Assembly: GCA_963769935.1 (NCBI GenBank)
Contig: CAVYNY010000007.1
Span: 1 to 64,000 of the forward strand
From: an uncultured delta proteobacterium
Lineage (GTDB): Bacteria; Desulfobacterota; Desulfobacteria; Desulfobacterales; JAFDCJ01
Direction: 5' to 3'
Length of the DNA stretch: 64,000 nt
Position numbers and translations under genes: made by a program
Notes under the pieces: generated by a model
What the model was told of the DNA's origin: nothing
The model's input: only the letters and a program-made list of their open reading frames with translations
Database searches by the model: none
Shown: in pieces, positions 9,646 through 20,163 of the stretch
How the letters are laid out: each line of letters begins with the position of its first letter
Position numbering within the stretch: position 1 is the first letter of the stretch

Positions 9646-11045
9646 CTAAGCCAGGATTCTTTTTTTGTTTAACCTGTTCAGCAGATCCTGCACCAGTCCC
9701 AGAGCCTGACTGCGGGTCAGCTCCCTTCCTGCCAGATGTTCTTCCTCAATGCGTTTGAGAATGTACCTGAAATCGGCCGAAGGCTTCAGGTGGAAGTGCT
9801 GAATCAGATCGTTGCCGTTAATGGCCGGCGGCAGCTGCGCCCGGGGCCGCAAAACCGTGTCGTATTGCCGGATGCGGGCCATAATGAAATCGGTAAAATC
9901 GGCGACTGCCGGATCTTCGCGCCGGCGAGTGCCGAAAAATTCCGCCAGACCCAGCAGCAGGATATCGGGCACGGCATCCGTGCATTTCATGCAGAATCGG
10001 ATAAATTCCCGGTCAAAGATCCCCGTTTTTTGCTGCCGCTGGAATAAGGAAAACGGCTGGCGGTGACGGCGAATAATAAAGCTGATGTGGTCGCCCTGGC
10101 GTCCGGAAAATCTCAGCCGTTGGCAGATCTGCCGGGCCATGGCAGCACTTTTTGCGGCATAGCCATAATACTTGAGCGTGCCATCGGCGGCAACTTTTTG
10201 CGACTGCGGTTTGCCGATTTTATGAAACAGCACCGCCCATTTTAGGAGGACGGTGCGGGCGGGATCCTGGGCGGTGAAAAACCGGCGGCCGCCGGTCACT
10301 GAGAGGGGATTTTTGGAATTAAAAAAAAATTCAAAATGTGAATACGCCTCGAGGGTCTGCTCGAAAAAATCCCCCACCTGATTACCCGGGCTTCCATCTC
10401 TTTTCAATCGCCTGAGTTCCGGAAACACGGTGAACAAAAGCCCGCTGCGCACCATGCCGGCCAGTTGGGCATAGGATCCGGTGGTATAAAGGATTTTAAA
10501 AAATTCTTCCCTGATGCGTTCTGCGGCTGATTTGCGGATCAGATCCGCATCCCGGGCGATGGCCGCTTCCGTAACTGCGTCGATGGAAAATTCAAAAGCA
10601 GCCGCCATGCGATAGGCCCGGATGAGACGCACCGGATCTGTTTTGAAAGCCGCGGGGGAAACCATGCGAATTTTTTTCGCTGCCAGATCCGGCGGCCATC
10701 GGCCGGATCAATCAGATCGCCGGAAGACAAGTCCAGGGCCATGGCATTGATGGTAAAGTCACGGCGCCGCAGGTCTTCTTCAATGGATTCTCCGTTAAAA
10801 GGCATGATATCGAAAATAAGTCTGCACCGACAACCCGCAGGATCGTGTATCCGGTCTTACCGAATTCAATCACATGACCCGCCGCGCGGGAGGCAAGCTG
10901 CCGGGCAAACATCACAGGATCGTCCTGGACGGCCAGATCATAGTCAACCGGTATCCGGCCGCACTAACAGGTCCCGGACCGAGCCGCCGACGAGATACAC
11001 CCCCTTTTTGCGCGGGAAAATATTCAAATCTATTGGAAGCTGCAT
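9646..11045 (-). CDS. Class II tRNA nucleotidyltransferase (probably CC-adding), interrupted by three apparent indels
   Basis: Reconstructed across frames: MQLPIDLNIF..VYLVGGSVRDLL/GRIPVDYDLAV...RVVGAD/FDIMPFNGESIEEDLRRRDFTINAMA...DGRR/DLAAKKIRMVSP..DPVRLIR. Breaks near 10964, 10819 and 10690. Confidence 0.85.
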
Positions 11046-11117
11046 AACTTGTTCCGTTGGATCCTGTAAAAACCGGCAAAAGATTCGGCTTTGCGTACAA
11101 AAAGCAGATGAAACTAC

Positions 11118-11144
11118 TTGACAGATCTCAAATTCTGATATAAT
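11118..11144 (+). promoter_or_regulatory. Promoter upstream of rho (extended -10)
   Basis: TTGACA 11118-11123 and TGn-TATAAT 11136-11144. The spacer is 15 nt, shorter than ideal. Confidence 0.45.
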
Positions 11145-11505
11145 TATTAATCTTACATGGTTAACGGCATGTGGAACCCGCCAGAGTTAGAGGATACCTT
11201 ATTTTCTTCTAAACGAATTCGCAAACACTCAAATTCCTCCTTATTAACCGGCATGGATCCAGTCATTAATTCACCTGTGTAAGGAAGCTTAAACGTAATC
11301 GAAGACGTTTTCAACCTCCTTCCGATTCAGCCGGTCTTGATATAAGTTTAACACGTTTAAAATCGGATGCAAATCCAAAGCCTTGCAACTATAAAAGGAT
11401 AAAATATATTAGTTGATGCTCCGGTTCCCGGGGCTGCGAATATATTTGCCTATTCCCATGGGTGATTGAAATAACCAATATTTATCAAAAAGCTACGAGG
11501 AACAA

Positions 11506-12753
11506 ATGAACATTGCTGAACTCAAAGACAAAAAAATCAGCGAACTCGCCCAGATGGCCAAAAGATTAAAAATCGACGGGGCTGCCGGGATGCGCAAACA
11601 GGAGTTGATGTTTGCCCTGCTCCAGACGCAGATCGAAAAAAACGGTCTTATTTTCGGGGAAGGCACCCTTGAAATTTTGCCGGACGGTTTTGGATTCCTG
11701 CGCTCGCCGGATTCAAATTATCTGCCGGGGCCGGACGACATTTACGTGTCTCCGTCCCAGATCCGTCGCTTCAATCTGAGAACCGGGGATACCATTTCAG
11801 GACAAATTCGACAGCCCAAAGAATCGGAGAGGTATTTTGCCCTTTTAAAAGTTGAAGCGGTCAACTATGAAGACCCGGAAGTGGCCAGGGATAAAATCCT
11901 ATTCGACAATTTGACTCCCCTTTATCCACATCGTAAAATCAATCTTGAAACCGACCCCGACAATTTCTCCACCCGCATCATGGACCTGATGATTCCGATC
12001 GGATTCGGTCAAAGGGGATTGATTGTTTCGCCGCCCCGATCCGGTAAAACCATGTTGCTGCAATTTATCGCCAATGCGATTATTGCCAGCCACAAGGACG
12101 TTGTGCCTTTTGTGTTGCTGATCGACGAGCGACCTGAGGAAGTGACGGATATGCAGCGAACCGTCAAGGCCGAGGTGATCAGCTCCACCTTCGATGAACC
12201 GGCCGAAAGGCACGTTCAGGTTGCCGAGATGGTCATCGAGAAAGCCAAGCGGCTGGTGGAGCATAAAAAGGATGTTGTCATTTTATTGGACAGCATTACG
12301 CGCCTGGCCCGCGCCTACAACTCAGTTGTACCGCCCAGCGGCAAGATTCTGTCCGGCGGTGTGGACTCCAACGCCCTGCAGCGCCCCAAGCGGTTTTTCG
12401 GTGCGGCACGCAATATAGAAGAGGGCGGCAGCCTGACGATTATCGCCACAGCTCTGGTCGACACGGGCAGTCGAATGGATGAAGTGATCTTCGAAGAGTT
12501 TAAGGGGACCGGTAATGCCGAAATTCAGCTGGATCGCAAACTGTCCGACAAACGTGTCTATCCGGCATTTGATATCAAACGCTCCGGAACCCGCAAAGAA
12601 GAACTGCTGCTGGATGAAGACGCGCTGAACCGCGTCTGGATTTTACGCAAGCTGCTTACAACGCTCAATACGGTCGACAGCATGGAATTTTTACTCGAAA
12701 AAATGAGCGGAACCAAAGACAACAAAAGCTTTTTAAAATCAATGAACACTTGA
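11506..12753 (+). CDS. rho: Transcription termination factor Rho
   Basis: [36 protein letters not shown] and [10 protein letters not shown] motifs. Confidence 0.98.
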   Translation: MNIAELKDKKISELAQMAKRLKIDGAAGMRKQELMFALLQTQIEKNGLIFGEGTLEILPDGFGFLRSPDSNYLPGPDDIYVSPSQIRRFNLRTGDTISGQIRQPKESERYFALLKVEAVNYEDPEVARDKILFDNLTPLYPHRKINLETDPDNFSTRIMDLMIPIGFGQRGLIVSPPRSGKTMLLQFIANAIIASHKDVVPFVLLIDERPEEVTDMQRTVKAEVISSTFDEPAERHVQVAEMVIEKAKRLVEHKKDVVILLDSITRLARAYNSVVPPSGKILSGGVDSNALQRPKRFFGAARNIEEGGSLTIIATALVDTGSRMDEVIFEEFKGTGNAEIQLDRKLSDKRVYPAFDIKRSGTRKEELLLDEDALNRVWILRKLLTTLNTVDSMEFLLEKMSGTKDNKSFLKSMNT

Positions 12754-12906
12754 AGTGAAGAGCAGAAGGCTTCAATTGCAGGGCTAATGAATCGATATCG
12801 TGGAAGAAGGCAAGATCTTAATTGACATATGCTTTCATTCGCTGTATATGACCGCGAGAAAAAGCCTCATTATGAGCCATTATTTATTTAGGGGGTTGAA
12901 ATTATT

Positions 12907-13128
12907 ATGAAAAAGGAAATTCATCCTGAGTACAATGTAACCAGCATACGATGCGCATGCGGGAATGAAATAGAAGTCGGCTCCACCAAAGCCAATATCA
13001 GTGTGGAAATTTGTTCCAAATGCCATCCATTTTTTACCGGCAAACAGAAACTCATCGACACAGCGGGCCGCATTGAACGATTCCGGAAAAAATATGAAAA
13101 ATTTCAGAATCAAGAAAAACCCACTTAG
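12907..13128 (+). CDS. rpmE: 50S ribosomal protein L31 (Zn-binding type)
   Basis: [25 protein letters not shown]. Confidence 0.97.
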   Translation: MKKEIHPEYNVTSIRCACGNEIEVGSTKANISVEICSKCHPFFTGKQKLIDTAGRIERFRKKYEKFQNQEKPT

Positions 13129-13477
13129 TTATACCCCGCCTGCCAATTCGCTTTGCTATGCGTAACGACATAAATCAGTGTCCATTTATACACAGCGTTC
13201 TGCCCATCCGGCCCGGAGCGGAAGATTATAAGCCAGCCATAAAAAGGCGTGGACAGCATCAATGATGGCGCTGTGTATAATGAGTCGACCGGTCATAGGG
13301 CTGAATCTGAGGTTGTGAGTTGAAAAAAGCTTAGGTTGAGATTATCTTCAGATGAACCGGCCGGATGCCTTGCCTGCGAAATAAAATCAGAACCGGTAAC
13401 AATTTGATCTTAACCACCGGCAACCGGATGATAATTATCCGATTGCCGTATGTATCAAGCAGTAGAAATCAGGACCA

Positions 13478-14548
13478 ATGTTTGAGAAATTAACCGGGGT
13501 AGAAGAACGCTTCGTCGAGCTCGAAAAGCAATTGAGCGATCCGCGGGTCGTTCAGGACCGGGAGGCCTACCAGAAGTTTGCGCGTGAACATGCAGAACTG
13601 AATAAAATCGTAGCGGCCTATCGCAAATATAAACAGATGCGGCAGGACCTTGAGGAGAGCCATGAGTTGCTCAAGGACTCCGACCCTGAAATAAAAGATC
13701 TGGCGCGGGATGATATTGCCGGACTGAACCGGAAAATAGAAGAAATCGAAGAAGAACTCAAGCTGCTTCTGCTGCCCAAAGATCCAAACGATGAAAAAAA
13801 CGTTATTTTGGAAATCAGGGCCGGAACCGGCGGTGATGAGGCCGCGCTGTTTGCCGGTGATCTATTCAGGATGTACAGCCGGTTTGCCGAGAACCGTCGC
13901 TGGAAAGTCGAGGTGATGACCCAACATCCCACCGGGTCCGGGGGGCTGAAAGAAATCATAGCCATGATTCACGGCCAGGGCGCCTACAGCATATTCAAGT
14001 ATGAAAGCGGCATCCATCGGGTGCAAAGGGTTCCGACCACCGAAACCCAGGGCCGCATTCATACCTCCGCGGTGACGGTTGCTGTGCTGCCCGAAGCGGA
14101 AGAAGTCGATGTGGCCATCGATCCGTCCGAAATCAAAGTCGATGTTTACCGGTCAACCGGACCGGGAGGACAAAGCGTGAATACAACCGATTCGGCGGTG
14201 CGGATCACCCATCTGCCGTCCGGCCTTGTGGTAACCTGTCAGGACGAGAAATCCCAGCATAAGAACAAGCTAAAAGCCATGAAAGTGCTGCGGTCCCGGT
14301 TGCTGGACCAAATTACCAACGAACAAAATGAAAAGAGATCCGAAGAACGCAAAAGCCAGGTCGGCACAGGCGACAGAAGCGGCCGAATCAGAACCTACAA
14401 TTTTCCCCAGGGACGTGTGACGGATCACCGCATCGGCCTGACGCTCTATAAGCTGGAAAGTATTCTCCAGGGCAATCTGGATGAACTCATCGACAACCTG
14501 GTAACCTATTATCAGACGCAGCAGCTTCAGAAGGCAGAACTGGCCTGA
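13478..14548 (+). CDS. prfA: Peptide chain release factor 1
   Basis: [11 protein letters not shown], PxT (VPTTE), GGQ and RTYNFPQ motifs. Confidence 0.97.
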   Translation: MFEKLTGVEERFVELEKQLSDPRVVQDREAYQKFAREHAELNKIVAAYRKYKQMRQDLEESHELLKDSDPEIKDLARDDIAGLNRKIEEIEEELKLLLLPKDPNDEKNVILEIRAGTGGDEAALFAGDLFRMYSRFAENRRWKVEVMTQHPTGSGGLKEIIAMIHGQGAYSIFKYESGIHRVQRVPTTETQGRIHTSAVTVAVLPEAEEVDVAIDPSEIKVDVYRSTGPGGQSVNTTDSAVRITHLPSGLVVTCQDEKSQHKNKLKAMKVLRSRLLDQITNEQNEKRSEERKSQVGTGDRSGRIRTYNFPQGRVTDHRIGLTLYKLESILQGNLDELIDNLVTYYQTQQLQKAELA

Positions 14549-14603
14549 CCCAGCGTCAGCGCGGCATGGTAAAACGGAAAAGACCAGTAAAAATAGTGAA
14601 GAC

Positions 14604-15500
14604 GTGAATTGGACCATCATTAAGCTCATCCGGTGGGCAACGTCATACTTAAAATCGCATGATATCGACAGCCCCAGAACCACCGGTGAACTTCTGCTGG
14701 CGCACGCTTTGAAGCTAAACCGTATCGATCTGTATTTAAATTACGATCAGCCGCTGATTGACGATGAGCTGCAAAGATTCAAGGCCTTGATCAAGCGCAG
14801 AATCAGGCGGGAGCCGGTTGCTTACATTCTGGGCGCTAAAGAGTTTTGGTCTCTGGATCTTAAGGTTAACCCCAATGTTCTGATACCGAGGCCGGATACC
14901 GAATGTCTGGTGGAGAAGGCTTTAGAGCTTTTATCCCGGAGCACTGCTTCACCGCCGCAGCGCATCCTGGATCTTGGAACCGGTTCGGGGGCAATTGTGA
15001 CGGCGCTGGCCTCTCAGCAGCCGCAGCATGAATATTTTGCTTCGGATAGGTTCTGGCCGGCGGTTGAGATCGCCCGCGTCAATGCCAGGCGAAATGAATG
15101 CTCTGAGAGGATTCATTTTTTTGTCGGTGACTGGTTTTCATCCTTGAATGATGCTAAGACAGGCTTTGATATGATCGTGTCGAATCCGCCCTATATCCCC
15201 AGTAGTGTCATCGACGGATTGCAGCCTGAAATCAGCAGGTTTGAACCACGCGCGGCGCTTGACGGGGCAGCGGACGGACTGGCCTGCTATCGAACCATCA
15301 TCGGCGCAGCTCATAGCCATCTGAATACCGCCGGCCTGCTTGTCCTGGAGATCGGCCACGATCAGCGGGATGATGTCCGCCGGATTGCCGCCGCCGGTGA
15401 CCATTTTGAAGAATTCGAGTGCGCCAAAGACTATAGCGGACACGACCGGGTGGTTTGGATGAGAAAGAAAAGACTTGCGACGGATTATATTTTTTGCTAA
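14604..15500 (+). CDS. prmC: Release factor glutamine methyltransferase
   Basis: LIPRPDTE, LDLGTGSG and SNPPY motifs. The true start may be ATG 14566 if one A is missing in the run at ~14571. Confidence 0.95.
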   Translation: MNWTIIKLIRWATSYLKSHDIDSPRTTGELLLAHALKLNRIDLYLNYDQPLIDDELQRFKALIKRRIRREPVAYILGAKEFWSLDLKVNPNVLIPRPDTECLVEKALELLSRSTASPPQRILDLGTGSGAIVTALASQQPQHEYFASDRFWPAVEIARVNARRNECSERIHFFVGDWFSSLNDAKTGFDMIVSNPPYIPSSVIDGLQPEISRFEPRAALDGAADGLACYRTIIGAAHSHLNTAGLLVLEIGHDQRDDVRRIAAAGDHFEEFECAKDYSGHDRVVWMRKKRLATDYIFC

Positions 15501-15518
15501 TTAAAAAAGATTTTACAA

Positions 15519-15600
15519 TACCCACGCCGTCGGACCTGTTTCCCGGTGCTTTCCTCGGAAGTCGGCAACAGGAATGATGATGGCGGTGGAACAACCGAAA
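15519..15600 (+). ncRNA. rpsB leader RNA (t44/S2 autoregulatory element)
   Basis: CCACGCCGTC...CCTGTT-TCCCGGTGC...GTCGG-CAACAGG...GATGGCGGTGG long hairpin with the GGTGC/GTCGG motifs, directly upstream of rpsB. Confidence 0.7.
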
Positions 15601-15617
15601 GAATAAAGGAGAAAATC

Positions 15618-16569
15618 ATGGCTTATGTGACGATGAAAGAACTGCTGGAGGCCGGCGTGCACTTCGGTCACCAGACCAAACGCTGGAACCCAAAAATGAA
15701 ACCCTATATTTTTGGGGCCCGAAACGGGATTTATATCATTGACCTGCAACGAACCGTGAGCATGTTTAAAACGGCCTATGACTTCATCGTCGACACGGTG
15801 GCCAGAGGCAAATCGGTCCTGTTTCGTCGGCACCAAAAAGCAGGCGCGGGATTCCATTTATGAAGAAGCCAATCGCTGCCGAGATGTTTTATGTCCACAA
15901 CCGATGGCTGGGTGGCATGATGACCAATTTTCAGACCATTCGACAAAGCATCGACCGCTTAAACTATCTCAACAATATCCAAAATGATGGTTCCATTGAG
16001 CTTTTTCCCAAAAAAGAGCGGCTGAAACTTGCCAAGGAACGAATTAAACTCGACAATAATCTGGGCGGAATCCGCACCATGAACGGACTGCCCGGGGCAC
16101 TGTTTGTCGTTGATCCTAAAAATGAAGCCATCGCCGTGCGTGAAGGCCGCCGGCTTAATATACCCATCATGGCCATTGTGGATACCAATTGTGATCCGGA
16201 TGACGTTGACTATGTGATTCCGGGTAATGATGACGCCATTCGGGCCATCCGCTTAATTACCTCCAGAGATTGCGGACGCTTGCGTGGAAGGGCAGGAGCG
16301 GCTGGCCGAAAAACAGCGGGCCGAAGCTGATAAAGAAGAATATGAAGAGGAATCTGAAGTGGCAGTCGTCCGGTGCCGAACTGAAGCCCGGTGAGCGCAA
16401 GGTAATTTCGGACGGCACTTCAGGTCCTGTGGTGGAGATCATCAAGCGGTCGAAAGCAGAAAGCGCAGAGCAAAACGCGCCGGCTGTGGACCTTGAGGAA
16501 TTGGAAGAAGCACAAGCTCAAGCAGCAAATACCGAAGATTCCAGCCAAGTTGAAAAGACAGGAGAATAA
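15618..16569 (+). CDS. rpsB: 30S ribosomal protein S2, split by four apparent +1 indels
   Basis: [12 protein letters not shown], /VGTKKQA, /[10 protein letters not shown]...[11 protein letters not shown], /IADAC, and an acidic C-terminal tail. Breaks near 15824, 15880, 16268 and 16365. Confidence 0.95.
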
Positions 16570-16570
16570 A

Positions 16571-17170
16571 ATGACAACAATTAGTGCAACACTGGTTAAG
16601 CAACTCAGGGAAAAAACCGGTGCTGGAATGATGGACTGTAAACAGGCACTTACCGAATGCGCAGGAAATATAGAAAAGGCGGTCGATATTTTGAGGAAAA
16701 AGGGTTTGGCTACCGCCCAGAAACGTGCCGGACGTGCGTTGACGGAAGGAACCGTGCAATCCTATATCCATATGGGCGGCAAACTGGGGGTGCTGGTCGA
16801 AGTCAATTGCGAAACTGATTTTGTGGCCAAAAATACGGATTTTGTCGATTTTGCCAGAAATATCGCCATGCACATAGCCGCCTGCAATCCGCTGGGGATC
16901 CGTCCTGAAGATATTCCGGAAGCAATCGTCAACCGCGAAAAAGAAATATATCAGGCCCAGACCCTTGAGCTGGGAAAGCCTGAAAACGTTGTGGCCAAGA
17001 TCGTCGAAGGCAAATTGAACAAATTCTTCAAAGAAAATTGTCTGCTGAATCAACCCTATGTGCGGGATCCCGATCTGACCGTAGAAGATCTGCTGAATGA
17101 ATTAATCGCTAAAATCGGCGAAAACATTACGATCAGACGATATGTACGATTTCAGACGGGCGAGGCTTAG
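16571..17170 (+). CDS. tsf: Elongation factor Ts (short form)
   Basis: [16 protein letters not shown] and [10 protein letters not shown] motifs. Confidence 0.97.
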   Translation: MTTISATLVKQLREKTGAGMMDCKQALTECAGNIEKAVDILRKKGLATAQKRAGRALTEGTVQSYIHMGGKLGVLVEVNCETDFVAKNTDFVDFARNIAMHIAACNPLGIRPEDIPEAIVNREKEIYQAQTLELGKPENVVAKIVEGKLNKFFKENCLLNQPYVRDPDLTVEDLLNELIAKIGENITIRRYVRFQTGEA

Positions 17171-17178
17171 GTGAAAAT

Positions 17179-17895
17179 GTGAACAAACCCATATATAAGC
17201 GCGTTGCCATAAAATTGAGCGGCGAAGCACTGATGGGAGAACAGAGCTTCGGCATCAGCCCCGCAATGATTAAATTTGTCGCCGGTGAGATCCGCTCGAT
17301 TGTCGAACTCGGTGTTCAGGTCGGCGTTATTGTGGGGGGCGGCAATATATTTCGGGGCATTGCCCTAAGTTCCCACGGTATGGATCGCACCTCGGCCGAT
17401 CACATGGGGATGCTGGCGACGGTTATAAACAGTATCGCCCTGCAGGATGCCCTGGAGAAACAGGACATTCAAACCCGGGTGCAGACCGCCATATCGATGC
17501 ACGAGGTTGCCGAACCCTACATCATGCGCCGGGCCAACCGTCATCTTGAACGCGGTCGGGTGGTTATTTTCGGTGCCGGCACCGGAAATCCGTATTTTAC
17601 AACGGATACCGCCGCTGTATTGCGAAGTCAGGAGGTTCACGCTGAAATTCTGCTAAAAGCCACCAAAGTTGACGGCGTTTACGATGCGGATCCCGTCAAG
17701 AAGCAGGGTGCCCAGCTGCTCAAGCGCATCAGCTACATGGAAGTCCTTGAAAAGCAGCTTAAAGTTATGGACATGACGGCGATCTCCCTTGCCATGGATA
17801 ACCAACTACCGCTTGCCGTATTCAAATTAAAAGATAAAGGAAACATTCGCAGTGTCGTTTGCGGTGAGGATGTCGGGACCCTAATCAACTATTAA
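17179..17895 (+). CDS. pyrH: UMP kinase
   Basis: [15 protein letters not shown] and [10 protein letters not shown] motifs. Confidence 0.97.
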   Translation: MNKPIYKRVAIKLSGEALMGEQSFGISPAMIKFVAGEIRSIVELGVQVGVIVGGGNIFRGIALSSHGMDRTSADHMGMLATVINSIALQDALEKQDIQTRVQTAISMHEVAEPYIMRRANRHLERGRVVIFGAGTGNPYFTTDTAAVLRSQEVHAEILLKATKVDGVYDADPVKKQGAQLLKRISYMEVLEKQLKVMDMTAISLAMDNQLPLAVFKLKDKGNIRSVVCGEDVGTLINY

Positions 17896-17930
17896 ACCGA
17901 TTAAGAAATACAGCCAAGAGGTGACCCCCC

Positions 17931-18488
17931 ATGATTGAATCGATTTATGAAGAAACCAGGGAGAGCATGGAAAAATCCGTTGGCGCCTTGGAAAAAGATT
18001 TAAAACGATTGCGGACCGGCCGGGCATCCCTTTCTATTCTTGACGGGATTAAAGTCAATTACTATGGCACCATGACGCCTTTGAACCAGATGGCAACCCT
18101 GGCAGTGCCGGAAAGCCGTCTGATTACGATTCAGCCCTGGGATATATCCGTAATCAAGGATATTGAAAAGGCCTTGCTGAAATCCGATCTGGGACTGACG
18201 CCTTCAAATGACGGGAAAATCATTCGAATAGCGATACCGCCCCTGACGGAAGAGCGCCGCAAGGAACTCGTTAAGGTCGTTCACAAGATGTGTGAAGATT
18301 ACAAAGTTTCCCTCAGAAATATCCGGCGTGATTCCAATGAACTGTTGAAAAGCATGAAAAAAGACAGTGAGATATCGGAGGATGACCTTTACAAAGCCCA
18401 GGATCAGGTCCAGAAAATAACCGATGAGCAAATCAAGCTCATCGACGTATGCTTCAAAGATAAAGAGAAAGAGATCCTTGAATTCTAG
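17931..18488 (+). CDS. frr: Ribosome recycling factor
   Basis: RTGRA, PPLTEERRKELVK and RNIRRD motifs. Confidence 0.97.
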   Translation: MIESIYEETRESMEKSVGALEKDLKRLRTGRASLSILDGIKVNYYGTMTPLNQMATLAVPESRLITIQPWDISVIKDIEKALLKSDLGLTPSNDGKIIRIAIPPLTEERRKELVKVVHKMCEDYKVSLRNIRRDSNELLKSMKKDSEISEDDLYKAQDQVQKITDEQIKLIDVCFKDKEKEILEF

Positions 18489-18529
18489 TCCCCTCTTCGG
18501 CCGGCCCGGCTGAACTGGATAGCAACCAT

Positions 18530-19222
18530 TTGCCGGTCCATATCGCCATTATCATGGACGGCAACGGCCGCTGGGCCAAAAAGCGTCTGTTGAATCGTAT
18601 CAAAGGTCACGAAACAGGATCTGAAACCGTCCGCACGGTTGTGCGGTCTTGCCGCGAAATCGGAATTCGTTATCTAACTCTTTATGCGTTTTCCACGGAA
18701 AACTGGCAGCGTCCAAAGAAAGAAGTCAACGCCCTTATGGCGTTGCTGACAAAATTCCTTCAATCAGAGTTAAATGAAATGGTAGAGAAAAATATCCGAC
18801 TGCGGGTTATCGGACAGGTTGACCGGCTGCCGTCCGAGGTCCGCCACGCCCTGCAGGATACAATGGCGGCTACCAAAGACAAAACGGGCATGGACCTTAT
18901 CCTGGCGCTGAGTTACGGAGGCCGGGCTGAAATTGTGGCAATGGTTCAAAGCCTGGCGGAGAAAATTAAGCGGGGTTTGGTTGAACCGGAATCCATCACG
19001 GCTGAAACGGTGGCCGATCATCTCTACACCCGCGACATTCCCGATCCGGATTTGTTGATCAGGACCAGCGGCGAGATGCGGATCAGCAATTTTTTACTGT
19101 GGCAAATCGCTTACTCGGAAATCTTTGTAACGCCAACTTTATGGCCTGATTTCAGCAAGGATGAATTGCTGCAAATCCTGCAGGACTACCAGCGGCGAGA
19201 TCGTCGTTTTGGCGCCCTCTAA
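18530..19222 (+). CDS. uppS: Undecaprenyl diphosphate synthase
   Basis: HIAIIMDGNGRWA, YAFSTENW and IRTSGEMRISNFLLWQ motifs. The likely true start is TTG 18478, with an extra C in the run at ~18490. Confidence 0.95.
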   Translation: MPVHIAIIMDGNGRWAKKRLLNRIKGHETGSETVRTVVRSCREIGIRYLTLYAFSTENWQRPKKEVNALMALLTKFLQSELNEMVEKNIRLRVIGQVDRLPSEVRHALQDTMAATKDKTGMDLILALSYGGRAEIVAMVQSLAEKIKRGLVEPESITAETVADHLYTRDIPDPDLLIRTSGEMRISNFLLWQIAYSEIFVTPTLWPDFSKDELLQILQDYQRRDRRFGAL

Positions 19223-19293
19223 ATCGTTTATGCAGTCATTTGCGTTGCCATTCCATTCAACCATTCAATTTCAGCAACGGAGCAAGCGATTTC

Positions 19294-20100
19294 GTGCATC
19301 TTAAGCGGTGGATCACGGGCCTAATCGCCCTGCCATTTCTAATTTTTCTGGTTTACTTTGGCCAAATTTCCTTTTTTATACTGATCGGTGTCGCCTGTGT
19401 TCTATCCCTCTGGGAATATTTTCGAATCGCGTTTAATGGCGAGCGCCGAGCGCTTTCCAGTGTCATTGTCTGGTGGGGATACTGTGTCAGCCTGCTCATC
19501 CTCGGGGACGCCCTTATCAACGGTCTGACAGGTGTCGCGCTGTTGGTTGCATTTAATCTGCTTCTGGTCGGATTTTTTTCGATAGTTATCTACAAATCCA
19601 ACCCGCTGGTGGGGGATATCGTCCAAAAACAGTTACAGGGCATAGTTTATATTCCTGTGCTGCTTTCGTTTCTGATTTTGATCCGGCGTGATCCGCACGG
19701 CGTGATCTGGATTTTTTATCTGCTCGGCATTATTTTCGCCGGCGATATCAGCGCCTATTACGTGGGAACGTATCTTGGCCGGCATAAGCTGAATCCGGCC
19801 GTCAGTCCCGGGAAAACAATTGAAGGCGCCATCGGCGGACTTGTAGGGAACCTGCTGGCCGGTGCGGTGGGCATCATCTTTTTTCTGCCGACCCTGTCGT
19901 GGCCCATCGGTATTGTTTTTTTCCTGGCCGTTGGCATTGCCGGCCAGGTGGGGGATCTATTTGAATCCGAACTCAAACGTTCAGCCAGGATCAAGGACTC
20001 CAGCGGTCTGTTACCGGGCCACGGCGGTTTTCTGGACCGAATCGATGCCCTGCTGTTTGCGTCGCCGGTGGCATATCTGTTTATCGTGTTTATATTTTAG
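19294..20100 (+). CDS. cdsA: Phosphatidate cytidylyltransferase
   Basis: SPGKTIEG and GDLFESELKR..IKDSS.LLPGHGGFLDRID motifs. Hydrophobic. Confidence 0.95.
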   Translation: MHLKRWITGLIALPFLIFLVYFGQISFFILIGVACVLSLWEYFRIAFNGERRALSSVIVWWGYCVSLLILGDALINGLTGVALLVAFNLLLVGFFSIVIYKSNPLVGDIVQKQLQGIVYIPVLLSFLILIRRDPHGVIWIFYLLGIIFAGDISAYYVGTYLGRHKLNPAVSPGKTIEGAIGGLVGNLLAGAVGIIFFLPTLSWPIGIVFFLAVGIAGQVGDLFESELKRSARIKDSSGLLPGHGGFLDRIDALLFASPVAYLFIVFIF

Positions 20101-20163
20101 GCTTTGAATATCGGTGATCTGAATAAATCCTGATAGGCCGGGGAAGGGTTGAAAATTAGATCT

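Noticed and set aside
15618..16569. Programmed frameshifting or true pseudogenisation of rpsB
   Set aside because: Four independent +1 breaks without slippery-site signatures in an essential gene, within a tract of other indels. Assembly error is more parsimonious.
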